From Octopus sinensis (taxonomy: Eukaryota): DNA of 64,000 nucleotides. Positions 12,481 through 22,560 of the stretch are shown piece after piece. The stretch spans positions 22,320,001-22,384,000 of the forward strand of contig NC_043020.1 in assembly GCF_006345805.1 (NCBI RefSeq), given 5' to 3'. A program made the position numbers and the translations under genes. Positions within the stretch are counted from its first letter, which is position 1. The number at the start of each line of letters is the position of its first letter. The notes beneath the pieces were generated by a model. The model was given only the letters and a program-made list of their open reading frames with translations. It was not told the origin of the DNA and did no database searches.

Positions 12481-12827
12481 TCTTTTACTCTTTTACTCTT
12501 TCACTTGTTTCAGTCATTTGAATGCGGCCATGCAGGAGCACCGCCTTTAGTTGAGCAAATCAACCCCAGGACTTATTCTTTGAAAAGCCTAGTAGACACA
12601 CCAGCATCGGTTGTCAAGAGCGATGTTGGGGACAAACAGACAGACACACACACACACATACATACGATGGGCTTCTTTCAGTTTCCGTCTACCAAATCCA
12701 CTCACAAACTTTTGGTCAGCCTGAGGCTATAGTAGAAGACACTTGCCCAAGGTGCCACATAGTGGGACTGAACCCGGAACCATGTGGTTGGTAAGCAAGC
12801 TACATACCACACAGCCACTCCTGTGCC
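12481..12827 (-). mobile_element. OK-like tRNA-derived SINE copy
   Basis: Reverse complement of the 4667-5023 family. Confidence 0.85.
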
Positions 12828-12847
12828 TATATATATATATATATATA

Positions 12848-13722
12848 TGGTATGGTCATGTGATGCATATGGATGAGGACAGCTGTGTAAAGAAGTGCTG
12901 ATCTCTAACAGTGGAGGAAACTTGTGTTAGAAGTAGACCCAGGAAGACATGGGACGAGGTGGTGAAGCATGATGTTCAAGCTTTGAGTCTCGTGAAAGCA
13001 ATGACCAGTGAGCAAGACTTTTGGCAATAAGCTGTGCTTGAGATAACCCGTCAATCCAAGTGAAATCAGTCATGACTGATGCTGGTGTCATGTAACTGGC
13101 ACCCGTGCTGGTGGCTTGTAAAGAGCACCTTTTGCATGTTGGACCTCATGGAGGTAAAGTGGCTGAATTCCTTTTGAGCATTGGGCATCATGGAGGTAGG
13201 TGCGGCTGTGTTGTAAGAAGCCAAGTGTGGGCACGGATATGTGGTAAGAAGCTTGCTTCCCAACTTCATGGTTCTGAGTTCAGTCCCACTGCATGGCACC
13301 TTGAGCAAGTGTCTTCTATTATACCCTCGGGCCGACCAAAGCCTTGAGAGTGGATTTGGTAGATGGAAACTGAAAGAAGCCTGTCGTATATATGGAGGCA
13401 AAGTGGCTGAGTTCCTTTGAGTGTTGGTCTTCATGGAGGCAATGACAGATCTTTGCCATTATGTCGTGCTTGAGAGGTCCCATCAAGCTGAAAAAAATTG
13501 CAGTCATGGCAAATACTGGTGTTAGACAAATGGCACCTGTGCCAGTGGCATGTACAAATACCCATTACACTCTAAGAGTAGTTGGTATTAGGAAGGGCAT
13601 CCAGCTGTAGAAACCATGCCAAATCAGACTGGAGTTTAGTGCAGCCTTCCAGCTTGCCAGCCCTGGTCAAACCATCCAACCCATGCCAGGATGGACAACG
13701 GATGTTAAATGAGGGTGATGAT
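12848..13722 (+). mobile_element. Old 5'-truncated RTE LINE copy related to the 17-kb element, interrupted by a SINE
   Basis: WYGHVMHMDEDSCVKKC...RPRKTWDEVVKHD matches the C-terminus of the 1091-aa ORF; ends in the shared 3' UTR and GAT-type tail. Confidence 0.8.
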
Positions 13723-13730
13723 AATATACT

Positions 13731-14694
13731 TCATCATCATCATCGTTTAACGTCCGTTTTCCGCGCTAGCACGGGTTGGACGGTTCGACCGGGGTCTGGG
13801 AAGCCAGGGCTGCTCCAGGCTCCAGTCTGATCTGGCAGAGTTTCTACGGCTGGATGCCCTTCCTAACGCCAACCACTCCACGAGTGTAGTGGGTGCTTTT
13901 TACGTGCCACCTGCACAGGTACCAGGGGGGGGTCCGGCATCGGTCACGATCGGTTCGAGCTTTTAACGTGACAGCGGCACGGAAGCCAGCCAAGGCGGCG
14001 CTGGCAACGTTCAGATGGTCTTTTTTTTTTTTTTTTATGTGCCACCGACACAGGGGCCAGTCGGGGCGGCGCTGGCATCGGCCACGTTTGGATGGTACTT
14101 TTTGGGGGTGCAGGTAATATAGGGAAGCACCAGTGGGGAGGGTTGGGGTAAGGAGGAACGATGACAGGTAGGGTTGGTGCAGGTTCGTAGGAAATAAAAC
14201 GTAGGATATCACGAGTGGGGGAGGGGACTGGAAGGAGATAGCCGGTTGAGGCAGTGACAGATTCAAAACAGGAGGAAACATAAGATAAGTGGGGCGGTTG
14301 ATGAGCTGCGGCGCTAGCTGCTTGTCTTGGTGGGGGGAGGGGTAATACACAGTGAAAGCATGTGAGGAGGAGGGGTAGGAGGGAGAGACACACGTAATGG
14401 TGGTGGGGGAGGGCATATCCGGTGTAGATGGTGTGAACAGTGTTCACCGGTATTGGTGGTGGGGGTGGGAAAGGGCAGGCGCACCGCGAATGGCGAAGAC
14501 CGAATTAAAGGATTGAAGGTACCTTAAAGAAACGAACGAATGGCGGAAATGGCGATGTTTTAGGGTAGCATAGAGAAACGAACGAAATTAACTTTTATAC
14601 CGGAGGGGTTTAAAGAATTAAAGGATTAAATTTCGTGGAGAAAGGAAAGCAAAGCACGTTAGTGTATAAGTTCAAACATTTAAACGGTAGCAGC
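13731..14694 (-). mobile_element. Non-autonomous bipartite RTE derivative (5' UTR joined to 3' UTR, no ORF)
   Basis: 13731-13985 aligns with the LINE 3' end at 16996-17250; 14106-14322 aligns with the LINE 5' UTR at 20638-20844. Outer boundary approximate. Confidence 0.8.
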
Positions 14695-14839
14695 AAAAAA
14701 AAATGTGAATTTTTAATTATTTTCTGAGATTTTACAAAAACAACAAAAATATTTTTTATGTTGTACGAGGTAATACATACATAAAGACCTCCTTACATAC
14801 ATTCATATATATATATAATTTATTTAAAGGACACAATAC

Positions 14840-15347
14840 ATGTATTTAAGTGCTACTAATAGTTTCATATACTGAGAAATACTCAAACATATTCTTCAGG
14901 TACAAATCACATATCATAGCGAACTAAAGAAATTGAATAATAGAAGAAATGTGAAAAAACTGAGAAGGCAGCATATAGAAAATGCAGAAAGTAAAAAACA
15001 TAAAATGAAAAACAAACTAAAATGTAAAAAATAAAAAGTAAAAAGGTAAAAAAGCTATCCTCCTCAGACCTTAAATGATAAGACTGGAAAGATATCAAGT
15101 CAGTCAGGGATAGGCAGAATTTTCCAATTCTTCAAAATATATTTATACATATGCATGCAACCACTGAAAATTCCTGATCTGGAGTTGAACAGAGAGTTAG
15201 AGATCTTAGATCTGAACAGGATCAGTTCCCTTTCAGCCAAGCAAAGCCTACATTTATTCGATCCATTCACATAAGGTATGGATTTCTCGATTACTTTCCA
15301 TTTAATCACATGGTGTTTCATTATCTTTCAAAGTCCATACGTAGCTG
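14840..15347 (-). mobile_element. Inverted Penelope-like 3' segment (GIY-YIG C-terminus plus hammerhead-like motif)
   Basis: KWKVIEKSIPYVNGSNKCRLCLAER parallels the 16270-16482 ORF; minus-strand CUGAAGA at 14893-14899 and GAAA at 14863-14866. Confidence 0.75.
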
Positions 15348-15354
15348 AGATCTC

Positions 15355-16731
15355 GTGGGCTTATTTATATTAAACACATTGAGATATAGACACCCATATC
15401 CTGATGTTGGCCTATACTGTGACAAAAGTTTGGGTGTTTCCCATGGGTGTGATGGTCACACCCTTGATAGAAAGCAACTCATTTCTGCCTTTAATTACAG
15501 TAGCTATTAATCCCTCTGTAGTCGATCATTTAGATGTTTCCCTAGATCTAAACTCCTTGTATAAACCTTTCCATGAGAAACTTGCATATATAAATAGTCG
15601 TGTCACCCTCTTGTAATATTTGAAAGCCTGATAGCTAATATTAGTAACAGTGTCTAACCGCTCTTCTAAAGAAATTATCAAGAAAGCTGCCCCCTGTTAC
15701 AAGGCGTTAGTCAATAGTGGCTTTAAAAATAATATATAACCTCTTTAATAATAATCAAAGTATCAATAGATCTAGTGACATCAAAGATAAAGTAATACAT
15801 AACCACTCTAGTATTAATCAGAATAATAATAAGAAACCTAAAAATAGGCCAGGGAAAATTATTTAGTTTGCCCCTCTCTTTTCCCTTAATATAAAAACTA
15901 ACAGAGGTAAACGATTCCTGTCTCTCCTAGACAAGTGCTTTCCAGCAACTCACAGATACAGGAAAATATTTAATAGGTGTTCTGTGAAATTATCATTTAG
16001 CTGCTGCCCCAGTATGAAGAGTATCATTACACGTGGTCAATAGCAAGAGCCTAAATCCTGTTGCAGCTGTCGTGACCCCCGGATGCTGTCCACTTGACCA
16101 GCAATGTATAATTAAATCTGTCATATGTGAGGCAGAAGCTACTGTAACCCTAAATAATAATACAACTGATAAAAAGACCTATATTAGATTATGTGAAGGT
16201 GAATTTAAAAATCGCTATGCCAATCACATAGCCTCCTTCTGACATAAAGACAAAAGTAAAGCTACTACATTGGCTAGCTACGTATGGACTTTGAAAGATA
16301 ACGAAACACTGCATGTGTTTAAATGGAAAGTAACTGAGAAAACCATACCTTATGTGAATGGATCGAATAAATGTAGGCTTTGTTTAGCTGAAAGAACACA
16401 AATCTTGTCCACATCTAAGATCCTTTGCTCTCTATTGAACTCTCAGTCAAAAATTTTCAGTGGTTGCTTTCAATATGTATAAATACATTTTGAAGAATTG
16501 GAAAAATTATTAGAAACGCCATTTCTTTTCACATTTTCAATTATATGTACACGTATATATATATGGCCAGATAACTGAAGAGATGGTGTTGTGGATTTCC
16601 ACCTCGGCTTCCGAAACTCAGAGTTTTATCTTGGCTATTGAATAATTGTCACATATTATTTTACAGATAAATTTCCTCTATTTACATAATATTGAGGTCT
16701 CTTTCTTTCTTTTGTTATCTTACAGTTTTTA

Positions 16732-16735
<4 letters not shown>
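15355..16735 (+). mobile_element. Penelope-like element remnant (RT end plus GIY-YIG endonuclease; Naiad-like Cys pattern)
   Basis: GLYCDKSLGV (degenerate YRDD), LDVSLDL..YKPF, CSCR..CPL..C, YIRLCEGEFKNRYANH..SF, YVWTLK, KCRLCLAER; many stops and frameshifts. Confidence 0.8.
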
Positions 16736-16787
<52 letters not shown>

Positions 16788-16995
16788 AAGCTTTATGAAA
16801 ATAAACAAAAGACGAAGGCAGGTGGAATACAAACAAACAATTGTATTAGTATGGCGCTCAGGAATATAAATAAAACAAGTCTTTTACGTTTCGAGCCTAT
16901 GCTCTTCAACAGAAAGATACACAGAAAGAAACAAGGAGAGAAAAAAAATGCGTGCAGAGGCTAGCGAATCAACATGGCGATATATATATATATAT

Positions 16996-19900
16996 CATCA
17001 TCATCATCATCATCATCGTTTAACGTCCGCTTTCCGCGCTAGCACGGGTTGGACGGTTCGACCGGGTCTGGGAAGCCAGGGGCCGCTCCAGGCTCCAGTC
17101 TGAATCTGGCAGAGTTTCTACGGCTGGATGCCCTTCCTAACGCCAACCACTCCGTGAGTGGATTGGGTGCTTTTTACGTGCCACCTGCACAGGGGCCGGA
17201 GGGTCCGGCATCGGTCACGATCGGTTCGAGCTTTTAACGTGTCAGCGGCACGGGGGCAACGAGGTCCGGGGTACTTTGGGGATCCGGGGTACTTAGAATG
17301 GGTAGGGGGTATGTGGAATTGCTGCAGAAAGCAGCCCGGGTCTTTGTAGTCACAGCATATCTCCAGAGATCTCGGTCCTTCGCCATTGCCTCAGTGAGGC
17401 CCAATGCTCTGAGGTCATGCTTGACTACCTCATCCCATGTCTTCCTGGGTCTACCTCTCCCCCTGATACCTTCAACTGTTTGGGAGTGGCACTTCTTCAC
17501 ACATCTCTCTTCATCCATCCGCAGCACATGACCATACCATCGCAAGCGTCGCTCTTGCACACCACATCTGATGCTTCTTATATCCAGCATTTCTCTCAGG
17601 ATGCTTACACTCTGTCTTGCTTGCACACTGACACTACACATCCAGCGGATCATGCTAGCTTCATTTCTTTCAAGTCTACGCATGTCTTCTGCAGTCACAG
17701 CCCATGTTTCATTACCGTGAAGCATGGCAGTTCGCACACATGCATCATACAATCTACCTTTTGCTCTGAGGGAGAGACCTTTTGTTGCCAGTAGGGGTAG
17801 GAGCTTTCTGAACTTTGCCCAGGCTATTCGTATTCTAGTGGTGATACTCTCTGTGCATCCACCTCCGCTACTAACTTGGTCACCCAGGTAGCGGAAACTA
17901 TCAACTACTTCTAGTTTCTCTCCCTGGAGTGTGATGGAATCTGTTTTCTGAGTGTCTGTTGTGTCTATTGTCCCTGTGCATCTGCCACACATGAAAGCTA
18001 TCTTATCTGTTAATTTCCCTTTAATGTTGCTGCACCTCTTATGTGTCCATAACTTACATTGGGTGCATCTTATGGAGTTTCTACCTGTACCTTTCCTACA
18101 GGTTGAGCAGGGCCACCTACCCGAGGGGGTGTGTGCTGAGTACCTCTTGCTGCTTACTAATACTTTGGTCTTTGCTACATTTATTCTAAGGCCCTTTGAT
18201 TCCAACCCTTGCTTCCACACCCGAAATTTCTCTTCTAGTTCCGGTAGTGATTCTGCTATGAGGGCTAGGTCATCGGCATAGAGGAGCTCCCAGGGGCATC
18301 CCGTTTTGAATTCCTCTGTTATTGCCTGAAGGACTATGATGAATAAAAGGGGACTGAGGGCTGAGCCCTGGTGCACACCTACTTCTACCCGGAATTCTTC
18401 ACTATATTCGTTGCCAATCCTAACCTTGCTGACAGCCTCTCTGTATAGAGCCTGTACAGCCCTTATTAGCCATTCTTCAATCTCCAGTTTCCGCATCGAC
18501 CACCAGATAAGGGAACGGGGAACCCTGTCAAAGGCTTTCTCCAAGTCTACAAAAGCTATGTAGAGGGGTTTATCTTTAGCTAGGTACTTCTCCTGCAGTT
18601 GTCGGACCAGGAATATAGCATCAGTGGTGCTTCTACCTGGTACAAAACCGAACTGCATTTCATCTAAACAAATTCTCTCCCTAATGAGATTGGTTATGAC
18701 CTTCTCTGAGACCTTCATCACCTGGTCCAACAGTTTGATACCTCTGTAGTTATTTCTATCTAGAGCATCACCCTTACCCTTGTAGCAGTTGACTATGGTG
18801 CTGCTGCACCAGTCATTGGGTATGACTCCATTGTGAACTACCTGGTTTACAATGCGGGTGACTATGGCATAGCCCACATAGCCAGCTGTTTTAAGCATCT
18901 CAGCAGTGATTCCTGATAGGCCAGGGGCTTTGCCTGGTTTCATATCCTTAATTGCCTTATCTACAAGGGAGCTGTCTATTCGGGTAGCTGGTCCCTCTAC
19001 TGGGTCAACATTTGGCAGGCTCTCCTCCTCCCATTCATTCTCCTCATTCAGCAGTCTTTCATAATGGCTTCTCCAAGCCTCTTTCTTTTCACTAGTAGTA
19101 AAAGCAAGTGCCCCATCATCCATGCGGACACATTTCTCTCCTATAACATCGCTATTTTCTCTGACACACTGTCTGGCAATCTGAAATACTTCAGCTCTTT
19201 GATCCTCGCGACGCTGGACATTGGCAAACTTCTTCTTTTCTGCTACATCTTTGGCAATGTATACCTGCCGCCCAGCCTCCCTTTTGGCTATCTGGTACAG
19301 TTCCCTGCTGCCCCCATCCTTCCAGGCTTTCCAGGCCCGTCTCTTTTCACAGATGGGTTTATCTACTGCACTATTCCACCACCACGTAATTCTAGGTCTG
19401 GAAGGGACTTTGCACCATCCACAGACTTGGTCTGTGGCACTCAGCAAGCTGTCCCGTAGGAATTCCCAGCTACCTTCTATGTCTGACGTCTGAAGCTCCT
19501 CCTCCCTTTCATCAAATTTCTTGATGAGTATGTCCCTAAATTTCTGACCATGCGAAGGGTTCTTTAGCCTCCAAATCCTTCTTTTCTGGATTGGTTTGTT
19601 TCTTGGAGTCCTTCTGGCCTCAAGCTTAAAGTCACTGATGATTAGTCTATGCTGAGGGATACATTCTTCACCCGGGAGGGTCTTTGTATTCAAGAGCAAC
19701 CCTGCATCCCGTTGTCTGGTGAGGATGAAGTCTATTTGGCTAGCGGAGTCTCCTGACTGATAAGTTATAAGGTGGCAGACTGGCTTCTTGAAGTTAGTGT
19801 TGCAGATTGAAAGGTTACATGCATCACAGAATTCCAGCAGTCTAGTTCCCTCATCATTTCTGGTGCCAATACCATAGCCACCATGTACCCCAGTGAAGAT

Positions 19901-20842
19901 ACCCGATTCCCGCCCAACATGCCCATTAAAATCTCCACCTACAAAGATGAGGTCCTTGTTACTAGTCTTTGAAGTAGCCTGCAGAAGGGTATCATAAAAG
20001 TTGTCCTTCTGATCATTTGGTAGTCCCGCTTGTGGGGCATAGGCTGAGATAATCATAGCTGTGCCACTCTGTAGGACCAACCTGAGCTTAAGCACTCTAT
20101 CACAAACCCTGACAACCTCTATGACCTTATCCACCCATTCCTCCGCAAGGAGAATGCCTACACCCCCTACACCTTCCGCGTTACCTTGCCAGTAGAGTTT
20201 GTACCTAAGTGCCTTGCCCGTGAGGACCCTAGCCGAAGCATCTCTCCATCTTACCTCTTGTATGCAGCATACATCAACCTGTCTTCTCTCTAGCATCTCT
20301 ACAATCTCACTAGACTTGCCTGTCAATGTACCAACATTGATAGTGCCAACTCTGAAAACTGGGAAGGAGATGTGGGGGGGACGGGGGGGATTCGGCGCCT
20401 GAGAAGAGGAGGGTTGTTGTGGTGGTGATAGTTTTCGTGGTATTTTTCTTTTGATCTCTCTTCCAACCTGACCACACCGTGGGCAGGAGCTGGTGTTAGC
20501 AGTGGACATTCGTTATCGTCACTGAGTAACGTAATTAGGTAGAGGAAAGAAATACAGATATTCTAGAGTTGAGTTGGGGAGGGGGGGGGTCCAGTTGAGA
20601 AAGGTTTCACCAGTGAAAGAGAGGGAGAGATAGTAGAGGGTGCGGGTAATATAGGGGAGCAACCAGTGGGGAAGGTTGGGGTAAGGAGGAACGATGGCAG
20701 GAAGGGTTGGTGTAGGTTCGTAAGAAATAAAAACGTAGGATATTACGAGGCGGGAGGGTACTAAAAGGGGATGGTCGGATTGAGGCAGTGTCAGGAGGAA
20801 GCGTAAGATCGGTGGGCAGTTGATGAGCTATGGCGCTTGCAG

Positions 20843-20844
<2 letters not shown>
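16996..20844 (-). mobile_element. RTE-clade LINE with intact ORF, antisense in CTH intron 1
   Basis: 335-nt 5' UTR remnant, single 1091-aa ORF, 3' UTR and (GAT)n tail; (TA)n on both flanks. Confidence 0.95.
17234..20509 (-). CDS. RTE LINE polyprotein: APE endonuclease + reverse transcriptase + PHD-type zinc finger
   Basis: APE motifs VGTINVG, CIQEVRW, SAYAPQ, GDFNGHVG, SQIDFIL. RT motifs KAPG, NYRGIKL, FVDLEKAFD, GVHQGSALSP, YADD (18269-18280), FRYLG. C4HC3 motif at 17978-18109. Confidence 0.95.
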   Translation of the reverse strand: MSTANTSSCPRCGQVGREIKRKIPRKLSPPQQPSSSQAPNPPRPPHISFPVFRVGTINVGTLTGKSSEIVEMLERRQVDVCCIQEVRWRDASARVLTGKALRYKLYWQGNAEGVGGVGILLAEEWVDKVIEVVRVCDRVLKLRLVLQSGTAMIISAYAPQAGLPNDQKDNFYDTLLQATSKTSNKDLIFVGGDFNGHVGRESGIFTGVHGGYGIGTRNDEGTRLLEFCDACNLSICNTNFKKPVCHLITYQSGDSASQIDFILTRQRDAGLLLNTKTLPGEECIPQHRLIISDFKLEARRTPRNKPIQKRRIWRLKNPSHGQKFRDILIKKFDEREEELQTSDIEGSWEFLRDSLLSATDQVCGWCKVPSRPRITWWWNSAVDKPICEKRRAWKAWKDGGSRELYQIAKREAGRQVYIAKDVAEKKKFANVQRREDQRAEVFQIARQCVRENSDVIGEKCVRMDDGALAFTTSEKKEAWRSHYERLLNEENEWEEESLPNVDPVEGPATRIDSSLVDKAIKDMKPGKAPGLSGITAEMLKTAGYVGYAIVTRIVNQVVHNGVIPNDWCSSTIVNCYKGKGDALDRNNYRGIKLLDQVMKVSEKVITNLIRERICLDEMQFGFVPGRSTTDAIFLVRQLQEKYLAKDKPLYIAFVDLEKAFDRVPRSLIWWSMRKLEIEEWLIRAVQALYREAVSKVRIGNEYSEEFRVEVGVHQGSALSPLLFIIVLQAITEEFKTGCPWELLYADDLALIAESLPELEEKFRVWKQGLESKGLRINVAKTKVLVSSKRYSAHTPSGRWPCSTCRKGTGRNSIRCTQCKLWTHKRCSNIKGKLTDKIAFMCGRCTGTIDTTDTQKTDSITLQGEKLEVVDSFRYLGDQVSSGGGCTESITTRIRIAWAKFRKLLPLLATKGLSLRAKGRLYDACVRTAMLHGNETWAVTAEDMRRLERNEASMIRWMCSVSVQARQSVSILREMLDIRSIRCGVQERRLRWYGHVLRMDEERCVKKCHSQTVEGIRGRGRPRKTWDEVVKHDLRALGLTEAMAKDRDLWRYAVTTKTRAAFCSNSTYPLPILSTPDPQSTPDLVAPVPLTR

Positions 20845-20887
<43 letters not shown>

Positions 20888-21619
20888 GCAAGCCTAATTA
20901 GACAGATTAACTCCCAGTACAGCTGGTGGTGGTGGAGGCAGTGGCAGATTGTCACTTGTATAGAAACAATAATTGCAGACAGGTTAGCCTTAAACGTTTC
21001 CATTAGAAGGAGCATAAAAATAAAGCTGATAATAAACAATTGCTCTTTTGGAAAGTTGGCCGTGGAGAAGAGACCAAAGTTTCTGTGGTGGAGGGGTTTC
21101 AGCCCCACTACCACGTCTTCTACTCATCACCTCCTTTCCTTCTCTTCTTTCTCATTCTATTGCATATTCAACTCTGTTGTTCTTTCTCATTTAACTTTTT
21201 CACTTTGTCTCTTCTCTTCTTCCATAACATCACTTGTCTTTCTCTCTTCTTATCGCCAACCTACACACTTCCATGTCCTTCAGTGTTAATCTCTCTTTCT
21301 CATCCCCCTTGCTCTCTCTCTCCCTCTTTCTTGCTCTCTCTCTCTCTTGTGCCAAATTGGCAGTCATTAGAGCATCAGACAAATAACTTGTGGTATTTAT
21401 TCCAATTTCTTGCATTCAGTTTGAATTGCACTAATGTCAAATTTGTTTTCCATCCTTCAGGGGTAGGATGGGGGTGAAGGTGGTGGGGTGGTCAATCAAT
21501 GTTGTTCCACTCTAAGACAGAGACTTGCAGAATTGTTATAGTATCAGAAGAAATACCTTACTGTATTCCTGGTGCATATCCTACCATGGCCTATCTGGGG
21601 GAAGGACTAAAACCTGTCT

Positions 21620-22560
21620 CCCCATTTAATACTACCCCCTGCCACCTTCACCTTGACATAAGGAATTATTTAGCCTTGTCAACACCAAAGAAGAAACGAT
21701 CTAATTGTGGGACCTCAAAAATTGTGACAGCTAGGGATTTAAGGAATATTGGCTGCAAATTACATGGGAAATCTGGACAAACAAGCAGAGCCATTTTCAC
21801 CACCTCCAGACTTCCTCATGTACCACCAGAAATTGCATCCTCAGGACCATGGTTTCTGTGCAAGAACCCCAGAAACTGCCTCCTCATAGGAATTTGATGC
21901 TTCTATGGGCCCAAATACTTGGCATTAGACATGAGTTGTGTTCTGTTCACTGACGAAACCAGGGTGACTCTTGAGAAACCTGATGGTTGGGCAAATGGTT
22001 GGGTCTATTTTGGTATCATTGGGGACAGATTGGCTGCAAGTTACATGGGATATCTGGACAAACAAGCAAAGCCATTTTCACACCTCCAGACTTCCTCATG
22101 TACCACCAGAAACTGCATCCTTGGGACCATGGCTTCTGTGTGAGAAACCCTGAAACTACCTCCTCACAGGGGCGTGATGCTTCTATGGGCCCAGATTTGT
22201 TGGCCCATTCAGGGTCCCTGAAGAGGTTAAAGTGACTGCAGTCGCCTTCTGCAATTTCCTGAAGGAGGTTGTGGATCCCTGGCTAGATGACATACTGCTG
22301 TCACTTCTAAGGAATCTTGTATTCGTGCATGACAACACTCTCTTCCACTCTGCTAGAACCACCCAAACATTCCTACGGTCTTGTAGCATACAATGTGAAA
22401 GGTTGATGATATGGCTGCTAGCATCTCTGGATCTCAACCCTATCGAAAATCTTTGGTCTATCATTAAACAAAATGTCTTATGGGCGACCATCAAAACTAC
22501 AGCAGAAGCAGTCCAACCTGCGACTATCAAGAAATGACAGATTCCATTACTAATAGGATT
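21620..22560 (+). mobile_element. Tc1-like transposase fossil
   Basis: LFTDETRVTLEKPDGW, VGPFRVPEEVK, FVHDN, SLDLNPIENLWSIIK; internal ~165-bp duplication (21748-21912 / 22029-22192). Confidence 0.8.

Noticed and set aside
13844-14447. Pro-rich 190-aa and 167-aa minus-strand ORFs
   Set aside because: They lie in the UTR-derived non-autonomous RTE element; no recognisable domain.
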